DNA of 64,000 nt, taken from assembly GCA_964499045.1 (NCBI GenBank), contig CAZCJJ010000001.1, forward strand, positions 1,390-65,389, in the 5' to 3' direction. This document shows, one piece after another, positions 18,213 to 27,781 of this stretch. Under the pieces are notes generated by a model. That model was not told the DNA's origin. It did not search any database and saw nothing but the letters and a program-made list of their open reading frames with translations. A program made the translations under genes and the position numbers. The first letter of the stretch is position 1; every line of letters begins with the position of its first letter. This DNA is from an uncultured Opitutales bacterium (GTDB taxonomy: Bacteria > Verrucomicrobiota > Verrucomicrobiia > Opitutales > CAZCJJ01).

Positions 18213-19487
18213 ATGTCATCTTCTGAACTTTTTGAACGTGCCCGCCAAGTGATTCCCGGCGGAGTGAATTCACCGGTCCGTGCCTTCCGCTCAGTAGGTG
18301 GCACACCCTTCTTCACCCGGAGTGCCAGTGGAGCCTACCTGACCACTGTCGACGGGCAGAAACTGATTGATTATGTCTGCACCTGGGGGCCGGCCATTCA
18401 TGGCCACGACCACCCGGTTATCCGTGAAGCCCTGAGTGTTGCCCTGCTGAAGGGCACCAGTTTTGGTACTCCGAATCCTTACGAGGTGGACATGGCGGAA
18501 CAGATTGTTCGGCTGGTTCCTTCAGTCGAGAAGGTGAGGATGACGAACAGCGGGACGGAGGCGACCATGACCGCAATCCGGCTGGCCCGGGGCTACACCG
18601 GACGGGACAAGATTATCAAGTTTGCCGGCTGTTACCACGGCCATGTGGACAGCCTGCTCGTCAAGGCCGGTTCCGGTGCGCTGACGCTGGGTAATCCGGA
18701 TAGCAAGGGCATTCCGGCATCCTTTGCAGCGGAAACACTGGTTCTGCCCTTTAATGATGTGGCCGCGCTCGAAGCAGCCTTCGCTCAACACGGGCCGGAA
18801 ATTGCTGCGGTCATTGTTGAACCTTATCCCGCGAATGTCGGACTGATTCTGCCGTTGCCCGGATACCTTGAAGAACTACGCCGGATCACACGCGAAGCCG
18901 GGAGCCTATTGATTTTCGATGAAGTGATGACCGGGTTCCGGGTGGCCCTGGGGGGAGTGCAGGAAAAGGAGGGCATTGTTCCTGACTTGACTGCGATGGG
19001 CAAGATTATCGGCGGCGGGCTTCCGGTAGGGGCCCTTGGCGGTCAGGCGTCCATCATGGATTATCTGGCTCCAGAAGGGCCGGTTTACCAAGCCGGAACC
19101 CTGAGTGGTAATCCGCTGGCCATGGCAGCCGGTATCGCCTCGCTTTCCCGATTGGTTGAATCCAATCCCTACGAATCCCTCGAAAAAAAGGGACAATTCC
19201 TCCGCGATGCCCTTTTGCAAGCGGCTCAAAAGAAGGGAGTTCCCTTGCAGGTTCCCCAAGTCGGTTCGATGTTCTCCTTCTATTTCAGTATTTCCCCGGT
19301 TCGCAATTACGAAGAGGCCATTGCCAGCGATAAGGAGAAGTTTGCCAAGGTGTTCCACTACGCCCTGAAGCACGGAGTGTACCTTCCGCCTTCCGCCTTC
19401 GAAGCCTGCTTCATCAGTACTGCTCATCGTGATCAGGAAATCGAGCAAACTGCCCGTGTTCTGGCCGATGCGATCCAGTCTTTATGA
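18213..19487 (+). CDS. hemL: Glutamate-1-semialdehyde 2,1-aminomutase
   Basis: Start re-set to the ATG at 18213 ([25 protein letters not shown]). DEVMTGFR and a [12 protein letters not shown]-type PLP lysine region. Confidence 0.9.
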   Translation: MSSSELFERARQVIPGGVNSPVRAFRSVGGTPFFTRSASGAYLTTVDGQKLIDYVCTWGPAIHGHDHPVIREALSVALLKGTSFGTPNPYEVDMAEQIVRLVPSVEKVRMTNSGTEATMTAIRLARGYTGRDKIIKFAGCYHGHVDSLLVKAGSGALTLGNPDSKGIPASFAAETLVLPFNDVAALEAAFAQHGPEIAAVIVEPYPANVGLILPLPGYLEELRRITREAGSLLIFDEVMTGFRVALGGVQEKEGIVPDLTAMGKIIGGGLPVGALGGQASIMDYLAPEGPVYQAGTLSGNPLAMAAGIASLSRLVESNPYESLEKKGQFLRDALLQAAQKKGVPLQVPQVGSMFSFYFSISPVRNYEEAIASDKEKFAKVFHYALKHGVYLPPSAFEACFISTAHRDQEIEQTARVLADAIQSL

Positions 19488-19858
19488 CCGAGACGAAGGA
19501 AACCCTGTATGTCGCGCACCGTCCATTGCGTCCCATCCTGTTGTGGGATGGAGACTGTACTTTCTGCGCGCGCTGGGTCAGGCGGTGGCAAAAACTCACT
19601 GGACCCCGTGTCACATATTGTCCCTATCAAAAGACGCGTACACGCTTTCCCGAAATACCAGTTTCTGACCTGGAGCAAGCCGTCCACCTCGTTCAGGTGA
19701 ATGGCCGGGTGTTGCGGGGAGCCAATGCGGCCTTGCACTGCTTTCAACAGGTGCCACTACTCTCCCTCCTTCCCTGGTTCTACCGTGGGTTGCCGCCTTT
19801 TGCCTGGCTTGCAGACAGGCTCTATTCTTTCGTAGCCCGCCATCGCTCGCGGCTGTAG
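19484..19858 (+). CDS. DCC-family thiol-disulfide oxidoreductase (DUF393)
   Basis: [14 protein letters not shown] carries the DCC/CxxC motif. Start overlaps the hemL stop (ATGA). Confidence 0.7.
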   Translation: MTETKETLYVAHRPLRPILLWDGDCTFCARWVRRWQKLTGPRVTYCPYQKTRTRFPEIPVSDLEQAVHLVQVNGRVLRGANAALHCFQQVPLLSLLPWFYRGLPPFAWLADRLYSFVARHRSRL

Positions 19859-19888
19859 ATATAGTCGGACACGGGTACTCTCGCTTTT

Positions 19889-20000
19889 TATCCTATTTCT
19901 CCGCAGTTGAACCACTGATCAACACTGATAGACACTGATGTGAAATGGGTTACGATTATTCACTGATTCACCTGTTGGGTGAATATCGCTAAACTTTTAG
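19889..20000. repeat. MITE-like intergenic element, copy A (right arm missing)
   Basis: tatcctatttctccgcagttgaaccactgatcaacactgatagacactgatg... shares its left end with copies at 21093 and 56007. Confidence 0.6.
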
Positions 20001-20024
20001 GTTTATAATCCTGTTTCCAGGCAC

Positions 20025-20050
20025 AAAAAAGCCCGTGCTTTCGCACGGAC
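20025..20050 (-). terminator. Rho-independent terminator of porin copy 1
   Basis: Minus-strand reading: gtccgtgc-gaaa-gcacgggc followed by tttttt, 27 nt after the stop. Confidence 0.75.
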
Positions 20051-20076
20051 TTGAAAGAATGGTTCGTTCCTTAACC

Positions 20077-20862
20077 TCAGTAGGCGAAACCAACGGAGGC
20101 ACCCCACCAGAACTGGGTTTCACCACCACGGTTCATAGAGTTCAACTGGCTTTGCTGGCCTTCGTTGTTGTGGGAAACGCGCATCCCAACAGAAACGGCG
20201 AGGTTTTCGCTGATGGCATAAATCAGGTCAGCGGTACCGCCGCCATAAGAGTAGCCGTCATTGCGCTTGGCACCGAGAGGATCAGCGTTGCTGGCGTTCA
20301 ACAGACCGAAGTAGGCACCGAGGTCCAGAGACAGGCCGTTAACACCAGCATACTCAGCGAGGTCGAGACTGTAACCTACGGAGAATTCGAGAACGGTTTG
20401 CTCGTAGTCGAAGTCATAGTAGAAGTAAACAGCCGGGCTCAGAAGTACGTCTGCGGAAACACCAGCATAGATCTCACGGCTCTGGCCAATCCCGAAGTTG
20501 GCCGGCATGTTCGGATACCAGTAGTAGGTGAAGCCTACGTCCACCGTGAACATATCGGTAACCGGGTAGGCGTAGCCGATGTAGAAGTCCACTTCGTTGA
20601 TGCGATCATTAGGGAAGGTGAGCAAGCTACGGTCGGCAGTCACAGGCACAGCAGCCCACATACCGGCGTAGAGGTCACCACCGAGAACCGGATAGCCAAC
20701 TTCCAGTCCAGGCTGGAAAGAGGGGCCGGACAGTTTGATGGAACGGAACACGTACTGGCTTTCGAAATCGAAGGTGCCAGTCACTGACAGGTTTTCCAGC
20801 TGAGCCTAGGAAGCGGTTGCACCCAGTGCAGCAAGAGCGATAGTCGTAACGATTTTTTTCAT
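20077..20862 (-). pseudogene. TorF/Gcw_chp-family putative porin, interrupted by an in-frame TAG in the signal-peptide region
   Basis: Reading from the ATG at 20862 gives MKKIVTTIALAALGATAS-TAG-AQLENLSVTGTFDFESQYVF. The paralog at 21338-22156 has CAG (Gln) at that position (ATASQAQLENLSVTG). The amber codon is at 20806-20808. The remaining ORF could only start at a GTG and would lack a signal peptide. Confidence 0.7.
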
Positions 20863-21092
20863 TGGTTTGCTAAGTTTGTGTTGTTGGTTAGGTGAGTCCC
20901 GTGGGCGGACTCCGTTTGTATTCACCATGTCGTTGTTTCTTTCATGGTATTCATGATGAACGGCTCTCCCTATGCAGTATGCATGCCAACAATGATAAAA
21001 ATTTAGCTTCCCCACGAAAAACATGGGTGTCCCGAATGCTACGCCATCGTTCCCGTCTGTAGATATAGTAGGGTACAGGTACTCTCGCCTTT

Positions 21093-21260
21093 TATCCTAT
21101 TCTCCGCCGTTGAACCACTGATCAACACTGATAGACACTGATGTAAAACGGGTTACGATTATTCACTGATTCACTTGTTGGGGGAACCCCGTTAAACTTT
21201 TTAGTTTCTGGTTATCAGTGTTCATTTGTGCCCATCGGTGGTTGAATAGCAGTTTTTAGG
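21093..21260. repeat. MITE-like intergenic element, copy B (full length)
   Basis: Left end tatcctattctccgccgttgaaccactgatcaacactgat. Right end ttatcagtgttcatttgtgcccatcggtggttgaatagcagtttttagg. The arms are imperfect inverted repeats (gttgaaccactgat / atcggtggttgaa). Confidence 0.65.
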
Positions 21261-21283
21261 TTTATAATCCTGTTTTCAGGCAC

Positions 21284-21310
21284 AAAAAAAGCCCGTGCTT
21301 TCGCACGGGC
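21284..21310 (-). terminator. Rho-independent terminator of porin copy 2
   Basis: Minus strand: gcccgtgc-gaaa-gcacgggc (perfect 8-bp stem) followed by ttttttt. Confidence 0.8.
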
Positions 21311-21337
21311 TTTGAAAGAATGGTTCGTTCCTAGACC

Positions 21338-22156
21338 TTAGTAAGCGAAACCAACGGAGGCGCCCCACCAGAACTGGGTTTCACCGCCACGGTTAAAGGA
21401 ACCGGGGTTGGTGAAGTCTTCCTTGCCTTCGTTGTTGACGGATAGGCGCATCCCGAGGGAAACGGCGAAGTTTTCGCTGATGGCATAAACCAAGTCAGCG
21501 GTACCGCCACCATAGGAGTAGCCGTTGTTGCGCTTGGCGAAGAGAGGATCAGCGTTGCTGGCGTTCAACAGACCGAAGTAGGCACCGAGGTCCAGAGACA
21601 GGCCGTTAACACCAGCGTACTGGGCGAGGTCGAGGCTGTAACCTACGGAGAATTCGAGAACGGTTTGCTCGTAGTCGAAATCATAGTAGAAGTAAACAGC
21701 CGGGCTCAGGAGAACGTCAGCGGAAACACCGACATAAACCTCACGACTCTGGCCGATCCCGCTCTTTATACCGGGGATAGTACCGAGCGCACCGGAGGGC
21801 ATGTTCGGGTACCAGTAGTAGGTGAAACCTACATCAACTGTGAACATATCGGTAACCGGATAGGCGTAGCCGATGTAGAAGTCCACTTCGTTGAGACGGT
21901 CCTGAGGGAAGGTGATCAGGCTACGGTCGGCGGTCACAGGCATCGCTGCCCACATACCGGCGTAGAGGTCACCACCGAGAACCGGATAGCCAATTTCCAA
22001 GCCAGGCTGGAAGGAAGGACCGGTCTTTTTGATGGAACGGAACACGTACTGGCTTTCGTAATCGAAGGTGCCAGTCACGGACAGATTTTCCAACTGAGCC
22101 TGGGAAGCAGTTGCACCCAGTCCAGCAAGAGCGATAGTCGCAATGATCTTTTTCAT
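21338..22156 (-). CDS. TorF/Gcw_chp-family putative outer-membrane porin
   Basis: Signal peptide MKKIIATIALAGLGATASQA. YVFRSIKKTGPSFQPGLEIGYP...LYAGMWAA...EVDFYIGYAY...VDVGFTYYWYP and a C-terminal aromatic residue (GASVGFAY), typical of this beta-barrel family. Confidence 0.7.
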   Translation of the reverse strand: MKKIIATIALAGLGATASQAQLENLSVTGTFDYESQYVFRSIKKTGPSFQPGLEIGYPVLGGDLYAGMWAAMPVTADRSLITFPQDRLNEVDFYIGYAYPVTDMFTVDVGFTYYWYPNMPSGALGTIPGIKSGIGQSREVYVGVSADVLLSPAVYFYYDFDYEQTVLEFSVGYSLDLAQYAGVNGLSLDLGAYFGLLNASNADPLFAKRNNGYSYGGGTADLVYAISENFAVSLGMRLSVNNEGKEDFTNPGSFNRGGETQFWWGASVGFAY

Positions 22157-22266
22157 TGGTTTGCTAAGTTTGTATTGTTAGTTTGTCAGTTAGGTGAGTC
22201 CCTGTAAGCAGACTCAGGACGTGTTTATCGTCTTTTCGTTCAAAAAAATCAAGAAAATTTTAAAAA

Positions 22267-22698
22267 ATGTATCAAAATAGTCATTCAGACGTAACAAACG
22301 AGGGTTTTGACCGCCTTATTTTGCTTCCAACGGCCCTCTTGGGCGCACTGGCAGTGGTTCTCGGAGCCTGGGGGGCTCACGGACTGGAGGAAAGTCTGGC
22401 CGCTGCCGGACGGATTCAGGTCTGGGAAACTGCGGTTTTTTACCATTTTATTCACGTTTTGGCCCTTTTGGTCCTCGCTTTGGCGAGTAGGCAACCCTGG
22501 TTCTGGCTGGTCGCTTTGTTTTGGGGGGCGGGGATCCTGCTTTTTTCCGGATCCCTTTACTACCTCTCCCTCGGAGGTCCCTCCTGGCTGGGCCCGGTGA
22601 CACCGCTGGGCGGCCTGTTTCTTATTCTCGGATGGCTACTGCTGGCCGCGTCCGCTTTTCGTCGGACAGTCCAGCGTTCCGACGGTCCGACAGGCTAA
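22267..22698 (+). CDS. DUF423 (YgdD/TMEM256-like) membrane protein
   Basis: Four hydrophobic helices, AWGAHGL motif, and a Gly-rich last helix. Confidence 0.65.
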   Translation: MYQNSHSDVTNEGFDRLILLPTALLGALAVVLGAWGAHGLEESLAAAGRIQVWETAVFYHFIHVLALLVLALASRQPWFWLVALFWGAGILLFSGSLYYLSLGGPSWLGPVTPLGGLFLILGWLLLAASAFRRTVQRSDGPTG

Positions 22699-22830
22699 CT
22701 GTCTGACAGTTTTTCCGGCTTTTAAGTTGATAAGTGTCCGGATTCCGGTCAGATTCATTTTTCCCGTGGAAGAGTCCCGGACTTCGCTGCGGGCTCATAT
22801 CATTACACTATACAAACGAGAGAACGTACG

Positions 22831-23784
22831 ATGAACCAACTGGAACAGCTCAAACAATACACGAAGGTGGTTGCCGATACCGGTGATTTCCAGACCATGA
22901 AAGCATTTAAGCCGCAGGATGCGACGACGAATCCATCGCTGATCCTGAAAGCCGTACAGAAGGAGGAGTACGCAGTCCTGCTGGATCAGGCGGTAAAAGA
23001 AACTGAAGCACTGGGTCTTTCCGGTGTGGAGCGGATCAACAAGGTCGTCGACCATGTGCTCGTGCTTTTCGGTCTCGAAATTCTGAAGATTGTTCCGGGG
23101 CGTGTTTCCACCGAAGTGGATGCCCGCTTATCCTTTGATACCGAGGGAACCGTGACCAAGGCGAGGGAAGTGATTGCGTTGTACGAGTCCAAGGGCATTT
23201 CCAAGGATCGTATTCTGATCAAGATTGCCTCGACCTGGGAAGGTATCCGCGCCGCCGAGATCCTGAAAAAGGACGGCATTCACTGTAATATGACCCTTCT
23301 CTTCAGCATGGCCCAGGCCATCGCATGTGCGGAGGCGGGAGCCCAGTTGATTTCCCCCTTTGTCGGACGCATTCTTGACTGGTACAAGGCCAATACCGGA
23401 CAGGACTACAAGGGAGCGGAAGACCCGGGAGTTCAGTCCGTCAAAGCCATCTATACTTATTATAAGAAGTTCGGTTATCAGACCGAGGTCATGGGGGCGA
23501 GTTTCCGCAATACCAGCGAAATCATCGAGTTGGCCGGTTGCGACTTGCTGACTATCAGTCCGGCCCTCCTGGGTGAGCTGGCGGAATCGGAAAAGCCGAT
23601 CGAAAAGAAACTGGACGCCGCCGCCGCCGCGTCAGCGGACATCAAGAAGGTTCATATGGATGAAAAAACCTTCCGCTGGGAATTGAATGAAGACCAGATG
23701 GCGACCGAAAAGCTGTCCGATGGCATTCGCCTCTTTGCTGCGGATATCGACAAGCTGGAAGCTTTGATTGCCGAACGAATCTGA
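22831..23784 (+). CDS. tal: Transaldolase (TalB type)
   Basis: [14 protein letters not shown]...[12 protein letters not shown]...[14 protein letters not shown]...[12 protein letters not shown]...NMTLLFS...[11 protein letters not shown]. Confidence 0.92.
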   Translation: MNQLEQLKQYTKVVADTGDFQTMKAFKPQDATTNPSLILKAVQKEEYAVLLDQAVKETEALGLSGVERINKVVDHVLVLFGLEILKIVPGRVSTEVDARLSFDTEGTVTKAREVIALYESKGISKDRILIKIASTWEGIRAAEILKKDGIHCNMTLLFSMAQAIACAEAGAQLISPFVGRILDWYKANTGQDYKGAEDPGVQSVKAIYTYYKKFGYQTEVMGASFRNTSEIIELAGCDLLTISPALLGELAESEKPIEKKLDAAAAASADIKKVHMDEKTFRWELNEDQMATEKLSDGIRLFAADIDKLEALIAERI

Positions 23785-23832
23785 TCCCGCTGGATTGAGC
23801 CGGGGTTGAATCCTTTATTTGGGTTGTGTTGG

Positions 23833-23864
23833 CAGGGCGGTCCTCAGGGCCGCCCTGTTTTTTC
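23833..23864 (+). terminator. Rho-independent terminator after tal
   Basis: cagggcggtcc-tca-gggccgccctg followed by ttttttc. Confidence 0.8.
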
Positions 23865-23886
23865 ATTCGGATATCGACGCCAATAT

Positions 23887-24001
23887 CCACGTTCTGACGA
23901 ACGCGGCTACATTTCCAGGGTGTCGTAGCTGCCTTCGTAAGAAGGTGGCTTTCCGGGGGAGGGGGCTGGCTGGCTATCCACGTTCTAACGAACGCGGCTA
24001 C
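23887..24001. repeat. Three REP-like 24-nt hairpin units
   Basis: CCACGTTCTGACGAACGCGGCTAC (23887-23910), GTAGCTGCCTTCGTAAGAAGGTGG (23925-23948, inverted) and CCACGTTCTAACGAACGCGGCTAC (23978-24001, abutting the stop of the 24002 gene). Confidence 0.8.
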
Positions 24002-24499
24002 TTACGGCTGCTCCCAGAGGAAACTCTTCCGTTCGACGAGGGTGCTGCCGTCGGGGGAGAGCAGGGAGATTTTCCATGCCACCGGCTGTGCGGTCTGCCC
24101 GGGGTTCGCATTGCCCGTGAGGCCGAACCAGAGCTCTTTTTTGTTTTCACGGGGAATCGGAAGGAACAATGCATACTCAACCGGTTTCGGGTTCCCCGGC
24201 CAGATGACTCCCATCAGCGCGATGGAGCCTTCAGGAAGGGCTTGCATGCTTTCATCCAGTGAAAAAATAAAGTAGTAGCCTGGCCGGACTTGCGGATTCG
24301 TGCGGAGGATCATCCGGTTCCCCGTATTTTCCCGGCCCGTGAAATATTCGGAAATCCGTTTGAAAGTCTGCGCCGTCTCGTAGCGGGAGGTCGAATGGTC
24401 GATTTCCACCGCTTGCGCAGTCAGGCAGCCAGCCAAAAGCAGGCCGGAAAGCAGGGGCCGGAGAAAGCGCCCCTGTCTCTCTGGGCGGTGGCAAATCAC
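24002..24499 (-). CDS. Putative lipoprotein, unknown function
   Basis: Lipobox-like LLLAGC after a basic N-region. No recognisable domain. Confidence 0.55.
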   Translation of the reverse strand: MICHRPERQGRFLRPLLSGLLLAGCLTAQAVEIDHSTSRYETAQTFKRISEYFTGRENTGNRMILRTNPQVRPGYYFIFSLDESMQALPEGSIALMGVIWPGNPKPVEYALFLPIPRENKKELWFGLTGNANPGQTAQPVAWKISLLSPDGSTLVERKSFLWEQP

Positions 24500-24681
24500 G
24501 CTTTGGATTTCCCCTTGGTTTCCTGCACCCGCTCTTTGCGGCGCTCGTTGTAGGCCTTGCGGCGTTTCCGTTTGATGACTTTGTTGTATTGTTTTCCCAT
24601 ATCAGGATTGGCAAAATGGCGGCCAGAACCATCCTTGGCAAGCCTTTGGTTGACAAGCTTCCTATATCTCTTTTCAATCAC
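24496..24681 (-). CDS. Small highly basic protein (61 aa), unknown function
   Basis: The stop overlaps the downstream start (ATGA-type 4-nt overlap at 24496-24499), which argues for real translation. Lys/Arg-rich tail KRKRRKAYNERRKERVQETKGKSKA. Confidence 0.4.
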   Translation of the reverse strand: MIEKRYRKLVNQRLAKDGSGRHFANPDMGKQYNKVIKRKRRKAYNERRKERVQETKGKSKA

Positions 24682-24740
24682 CGCCTTTTTCGAGACTTAA
24701 TCTCAATTAAGGTTGGGTTGATTAAATCCCGTCCATTATT

Positions 24741-25592
24741 ATGAACAACAGAGAGCAGAGTAGGCTGAAGCTTCAGCGAGGCCCTTTTCAGTCGTACTGT
24801 CGTACCGTCGTACTGTCGTACCGTTCAACCCTGTTGGCTGGCTGTTTGATGTTGTCGGCCTCCTTGCTTCAGGCGTCTGATCCTCTGGCAACGACGCGGG
24901 ATACTTTACAGCAGTGGGTTCAGGTGGAAAAACAGATTTCCGGGGAACGGGCCGATTGGAAACAGGAAGAGGCCACGATGCGCGATCTGCTTGCCTTGCT
25001 GGAAGTAGAAGAGGAGAGCCTTAACCGACAAATAGAAACCTTCAGCCGCGATGCGGGCGGGGCAGAGCGCAGGCGTCTGGAATTGGAGTTGCGCCGGGAT
25101 GATTGGCGTGAAGTCGCGGAACGGGTGGGGGAGCGTTTGCAGATTTTGGAAAATGAATTGCGTGCGTTGATGTCCCGTTTACCGAAGCCCTTGCTGCTGC
25201 AGCTGGATCCTCTGGTGCAGCGCTTGCCGGAGGCGGGTAAATCAGCAGATGCCTCCCTCGGCCAACGTGCCCAGGTTGTGGTGGGGATTTTAACTGAAAT
25301 CGACAAATTTGATTCGGAAATCACTCTTTTTACCGAACTGCAAACACTGCCCGACGGGAGAACGGTTGAAGTGCAATCCCTCTACATAGGGCTGGGTGGT
25401 GGTTTTTATGCGGATGTATCCGGTCGCTATGCGGGAGTGCTCCGCCCGTCCGGGAACGGTTGGGAAGCCAGGAATGATCCTGCAATCGGGGATGCGGTCC
25501 GTGAGGCGATCGCAATTTATCAACGCACATCAGGCCAGGCACGCTTTGTCACTTTACCGCTGGAATGGGAGAATGCCGAACAACTCAAATGA
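24741..25592 (+). CDS. DUF3450 protein (TtpB-like component of TonB2-type systems)
   Basis: Coiled-coil N-half. C-terminal LQTLPDGRTVEVQSLYIGLGGGFYADVSG...GWEARNDPAIGDAVREAIAIYQ...FVTLPLEW matches the DUF3450 pattern. The start is uncertain, as a TTG and an ATG lie nearer the hydrophobic segment. Confidence 0.7.
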   Translation: MNNREQSRLKLQRGPFQSYCRTVVLSYRSTLLAGCLMLSASLLQASDPLATTRDTLQQWVQVEKQISGERADWKQEEATMRDLLALLEVEEESLNRQIETFSRDAGGAERRRLELELRRDDWREVAERVGERLQILENELRALMSRLPKPLLLQLDPLVQRLPEAGKSADASLGQRAQVVVGILTEIDKFDSEITLFTELQTLPDGRTVEVQSLYIGLGGGFYADVSGRYAGVLRPSGNGWEARNDPAIGDAVREAIAIYQRTSGQARFVTLPLEWENAEQLK

Positions 25593-27160
25593 ATAAAGAA
25601 GAACCTTCCCGTTTGCCATATGGGCTGAAACTTCCGCGAGGCCTTTTACCGTCCGACAGTTGGACAGTCGAACCGTCAGACAGTTCGGTAGTCAAGAGGA
25701 CTCTCTGCGAGTCTTCATTCTCCAGCTTCTACGGCAATTTACAAATAAGCTCTGTCCTGTGGGTACTTCTGTTGCTGTCCAGCATGGTGTTTGCCCGGGG
25801 CGAGGACTTTTCCACGGTGTCGGCTTCGGCGGACCGTGATTTGCAGGATGCCCTGAGTCGTTTGGCGACCCTGCGCGAAGAAATCGCGGAAGCCCGGATT
25901 CCTTTGGCCCGGGAATGGAACCGGAGACAGGCTGAGGTGCGGGAAAAGCGTCGGGAAGTGGAGCGTCTGCAACGCTTGCGCGACAATCGTCAGATGGATC
26001 TGGTTTCGCTGGAGAAGGAAGTGGAAGCGCAACGGAATGAAATCAACTATGTGGGTAATCTCCTGGGTGAGTACCTGCGGGCCTTCGAGAGCCGGATCCA
26101 TGTGGCCGAGATTCAGCGTTACGAGGAATCCCTGGCGGGTGTCAGGCGGGTGCTTGACCGGGAACGGGACGACCCGGCGGAACGGCTGGAGGCCGCCTTG
26201 GTTTCAATTGAACTGGGAGTCCTGCGCACGCAACGGCAAATCGGTGGACAAAGCTTTGCCGGAAAGGCTTTGGGTGCGGACGGTGTTCAGAGTGAAGGGA
26301 CTTTCGGGCTTTTTGGTCCGCTCGGATTTTTTGCCGGGCAAGGCGAGGCTGCGGTCGGTGCGGTGCGTCAGAGCGCATCGCTTGAGCCGGCGGTGGTGCC
26401 TTTAGGTGCGGAGGTGGAAGCGGCCATCCGGCAATGGGTGCGCGACGGGAAAGGCGACATGCCTTTGGACCCGACCTTGGGGGATGCCCTGGCGGTGGCA
26501 GGCGCACGGGAAAGCCTCTGGGAGCACACCCTGAAGGGAGGAATATGGATCTATCCTATTCTTGGTTTTGCCTTGGTGGCCTTTCTGGTGGCCTTGTTCA
26601 AGGGTATTGAAATATTCAGGATCAAAGAGCCGAATCCTGCCCTGGTGCACCAGATTATTCAGACCCTGCAGGAAGGCGATAAAAAGAAGGCACGGGAACT
26701 GGCGCTTACCGCGCCCGATCCCTATGGGGCGATGCTGACGGATGCTGTGGACTATGCGGATTCGAACAAAGCCCTCCTTGAGGAAGTTATGCTTGAACAC
26801 CTGCTGCGCCTGCAACCCAAGCTTGAGCGTTTTCTGCCGGTGATCGCTGTAACGGCGGCAACAGCACCCCTGCTGGGGCTTCTGGGGACGGTGACCGGGA
26901 TGATCAATACATTCAAACTGATCACTCTTTTCGGGACTGGCGATGCCCGCGCCCTTTCCTCCGGGATATCCGAGGCTCTCGTTACCACGGAGTATGGTCT
27001 GGTGGTCGCCATCCCGGCTCTGATCATCCATGCCCTTCTCGCCCGGAGAGTACAGGGTATTCTTTCCAATATGGAAAAGGTGGGTATTGCGTTCCAAAAT
27101 GGGGTGAGCGAAAGCCCGGCCCATGCCTCATCCAAGACCGACAGAGAGGAGGAGGCCTGA
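25589..27160 (+). CDS. Long MotA/TolQ/ExbB-family protein with N-terminal coiled-coil periplasmic extension (TtpC-like)
   Basis: C-terminal APLLGLLGTVTGMINTFKLI...ISEALVTTEYGLVVAIPALIIH, preceded by about 300 aa of coiled coil. The ATG at 25589 overlaps the upstream stop (ATGA). An in-frame ATG at 25565 is the alternative. Confidence 0.75.
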   Translation: MNKEEPSRLPYGLKLPRGLLPSDSWTVEPSDSSVVKRTLCESSFSSFYGNLQISSVLWVLLLLSSMVFARGEDFSTVSASADRDLQDALSRLATLREEIAEARIPLAREWNRRQAEVREKRREVERLQRLRDNRQMDLVSLEKEVEAQRNEINYVGNLLGEYLRAFESRIHVAEIQRYEESLAGVRRVLDRERDDPAERLEAALVSIELGVLRTQRQIGGQSFAGKALGADGVQSEGTFGLFGPLGFFAGQGEAAVGAVRQSASLEPAVVPLGAEVEAAIRQWVRDGKGDMPLDPTLGDALAVAGARESLWEHTLKGGIWIYPILGFALVAFLVALFKGIEIFRIKEPNPALVHQIIQTLQEGDKKKARELALTAPDPYGAMLTDAVDYADSNKALLEEVMLEHLLRLQPKLERFLPVIAVTAATAPLLGLLGTVTGMINTFKLITLFGTGDARALSSGISEALVTTEYGLVVAIPALIIHALLARRVQGILSNMEKVGIAFQNGVSESPAHASSKTDREEEA

Positions 27161-27771
27161 TGGACGGGCTTGCACTCTGGCGTGAAATCCTGACCCTCTG
27201 GGAAGATGGGGGCCCCTTGATGTGGCCGCTGACCTTGCTCGCTCTGGTTATTTATTATTCCGTGTTTCAACTGTTCTTTTATTTCAGTCAGGCCCGCCTG
27301 CGGCTGCCGGAAGCACAGGTGCGTTCGTTGGTCGAAACAGACCAGGTCAGCGCCGAGGGGGAGCTGGCGGCAATCATGGATTTTACTCAAAGCGATATCC
27401 TATCGCTGGACGATGTGCGTCAGCGCTTCGGCATTGTTCGCCATGCCCAGTTAGGACGGATCGACCGGCGTATGCGTTTTCTTGCCATCCTCGTGAGTAC
27501 CGCACCCTTGATGGGCTTGTTGGGGACCGTGATGGGGATGTTGGCGACATTCCGTGGACTGGCGGGCAACGTAGGCGTGCGGACAGCGGATCTGGTGGCC
27601 GGCGGGATTTCCGAGGCCCTGATCACCACACAGACCGGACTGATTATCGCGATCCCCGGCTATGTCATGCTCTATCTTATACGTCGTCGCCGGAATGATC
27701 TGGATTTTCTTTTGCACCGTTTGGAAAGCATCACCATGCAACGCTGGCAGCGGAGCCTGCCTGCCACCTGA
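27160..27771 (+). CDS. exbB: MotA/TolQ/ExbB proton channel
   Basis: TAPLMGLLGTVMGMLATF...GISEALITTQTGLIIAIPGYVMLY. Start overlaps the upstream stop (TGATG). Confidence 0.85.
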   Translation: MDGLALWREILTLWEDGGPLMWPLTLLALVIYYSVFQLFFYFSQARLRLPEAQVRSLVETDQVSAEGELAAIMDFTQSDILSLDDVRQRFGIVRHAQLGRIDRRMRFLAILVSTAPLMGLLGTVMGMLATFRGLAGNVGVRTADLVAGGISEALITTQTGLIIAIPGYVMLYLIRRRRNDLDFLLHRLESITMQRWQRSLPAT

Positions 27772-27781
27772 TTGATTCGCC

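Noticed and set aside
20806-21024. 72-aa ORF upstream of porin copy 1.
   Set aside because: Only its last 18 codons (MKKIVTTIALAALGATAS) are meaningful; they are the porin signal peptide cut off by the amber codon. The upstream part is an artefactual extension into the 5' leader.
23887-24001. Three evenly sized 24-nt repeats that looked at first like a mini CRISPR array.
   Set aside because: The units occur in both orientations, the spacers are 14 and 29 nt, the same units are dispersed singly or in pairs at other loci, and no cas genes are present. They are REP-like hairpins, not CRISPR.
24682-24740. Possible Fur box in the divergent promoter region of the TonB2-type cluster (ttaatctcaattaagg...gattaaatc).
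   Set aside because: It matches the 19-bp Fur consensus GATAATGATAATCATTATC at only about 9/19 positions by hand, which is not distinguishable from AT-rich background.
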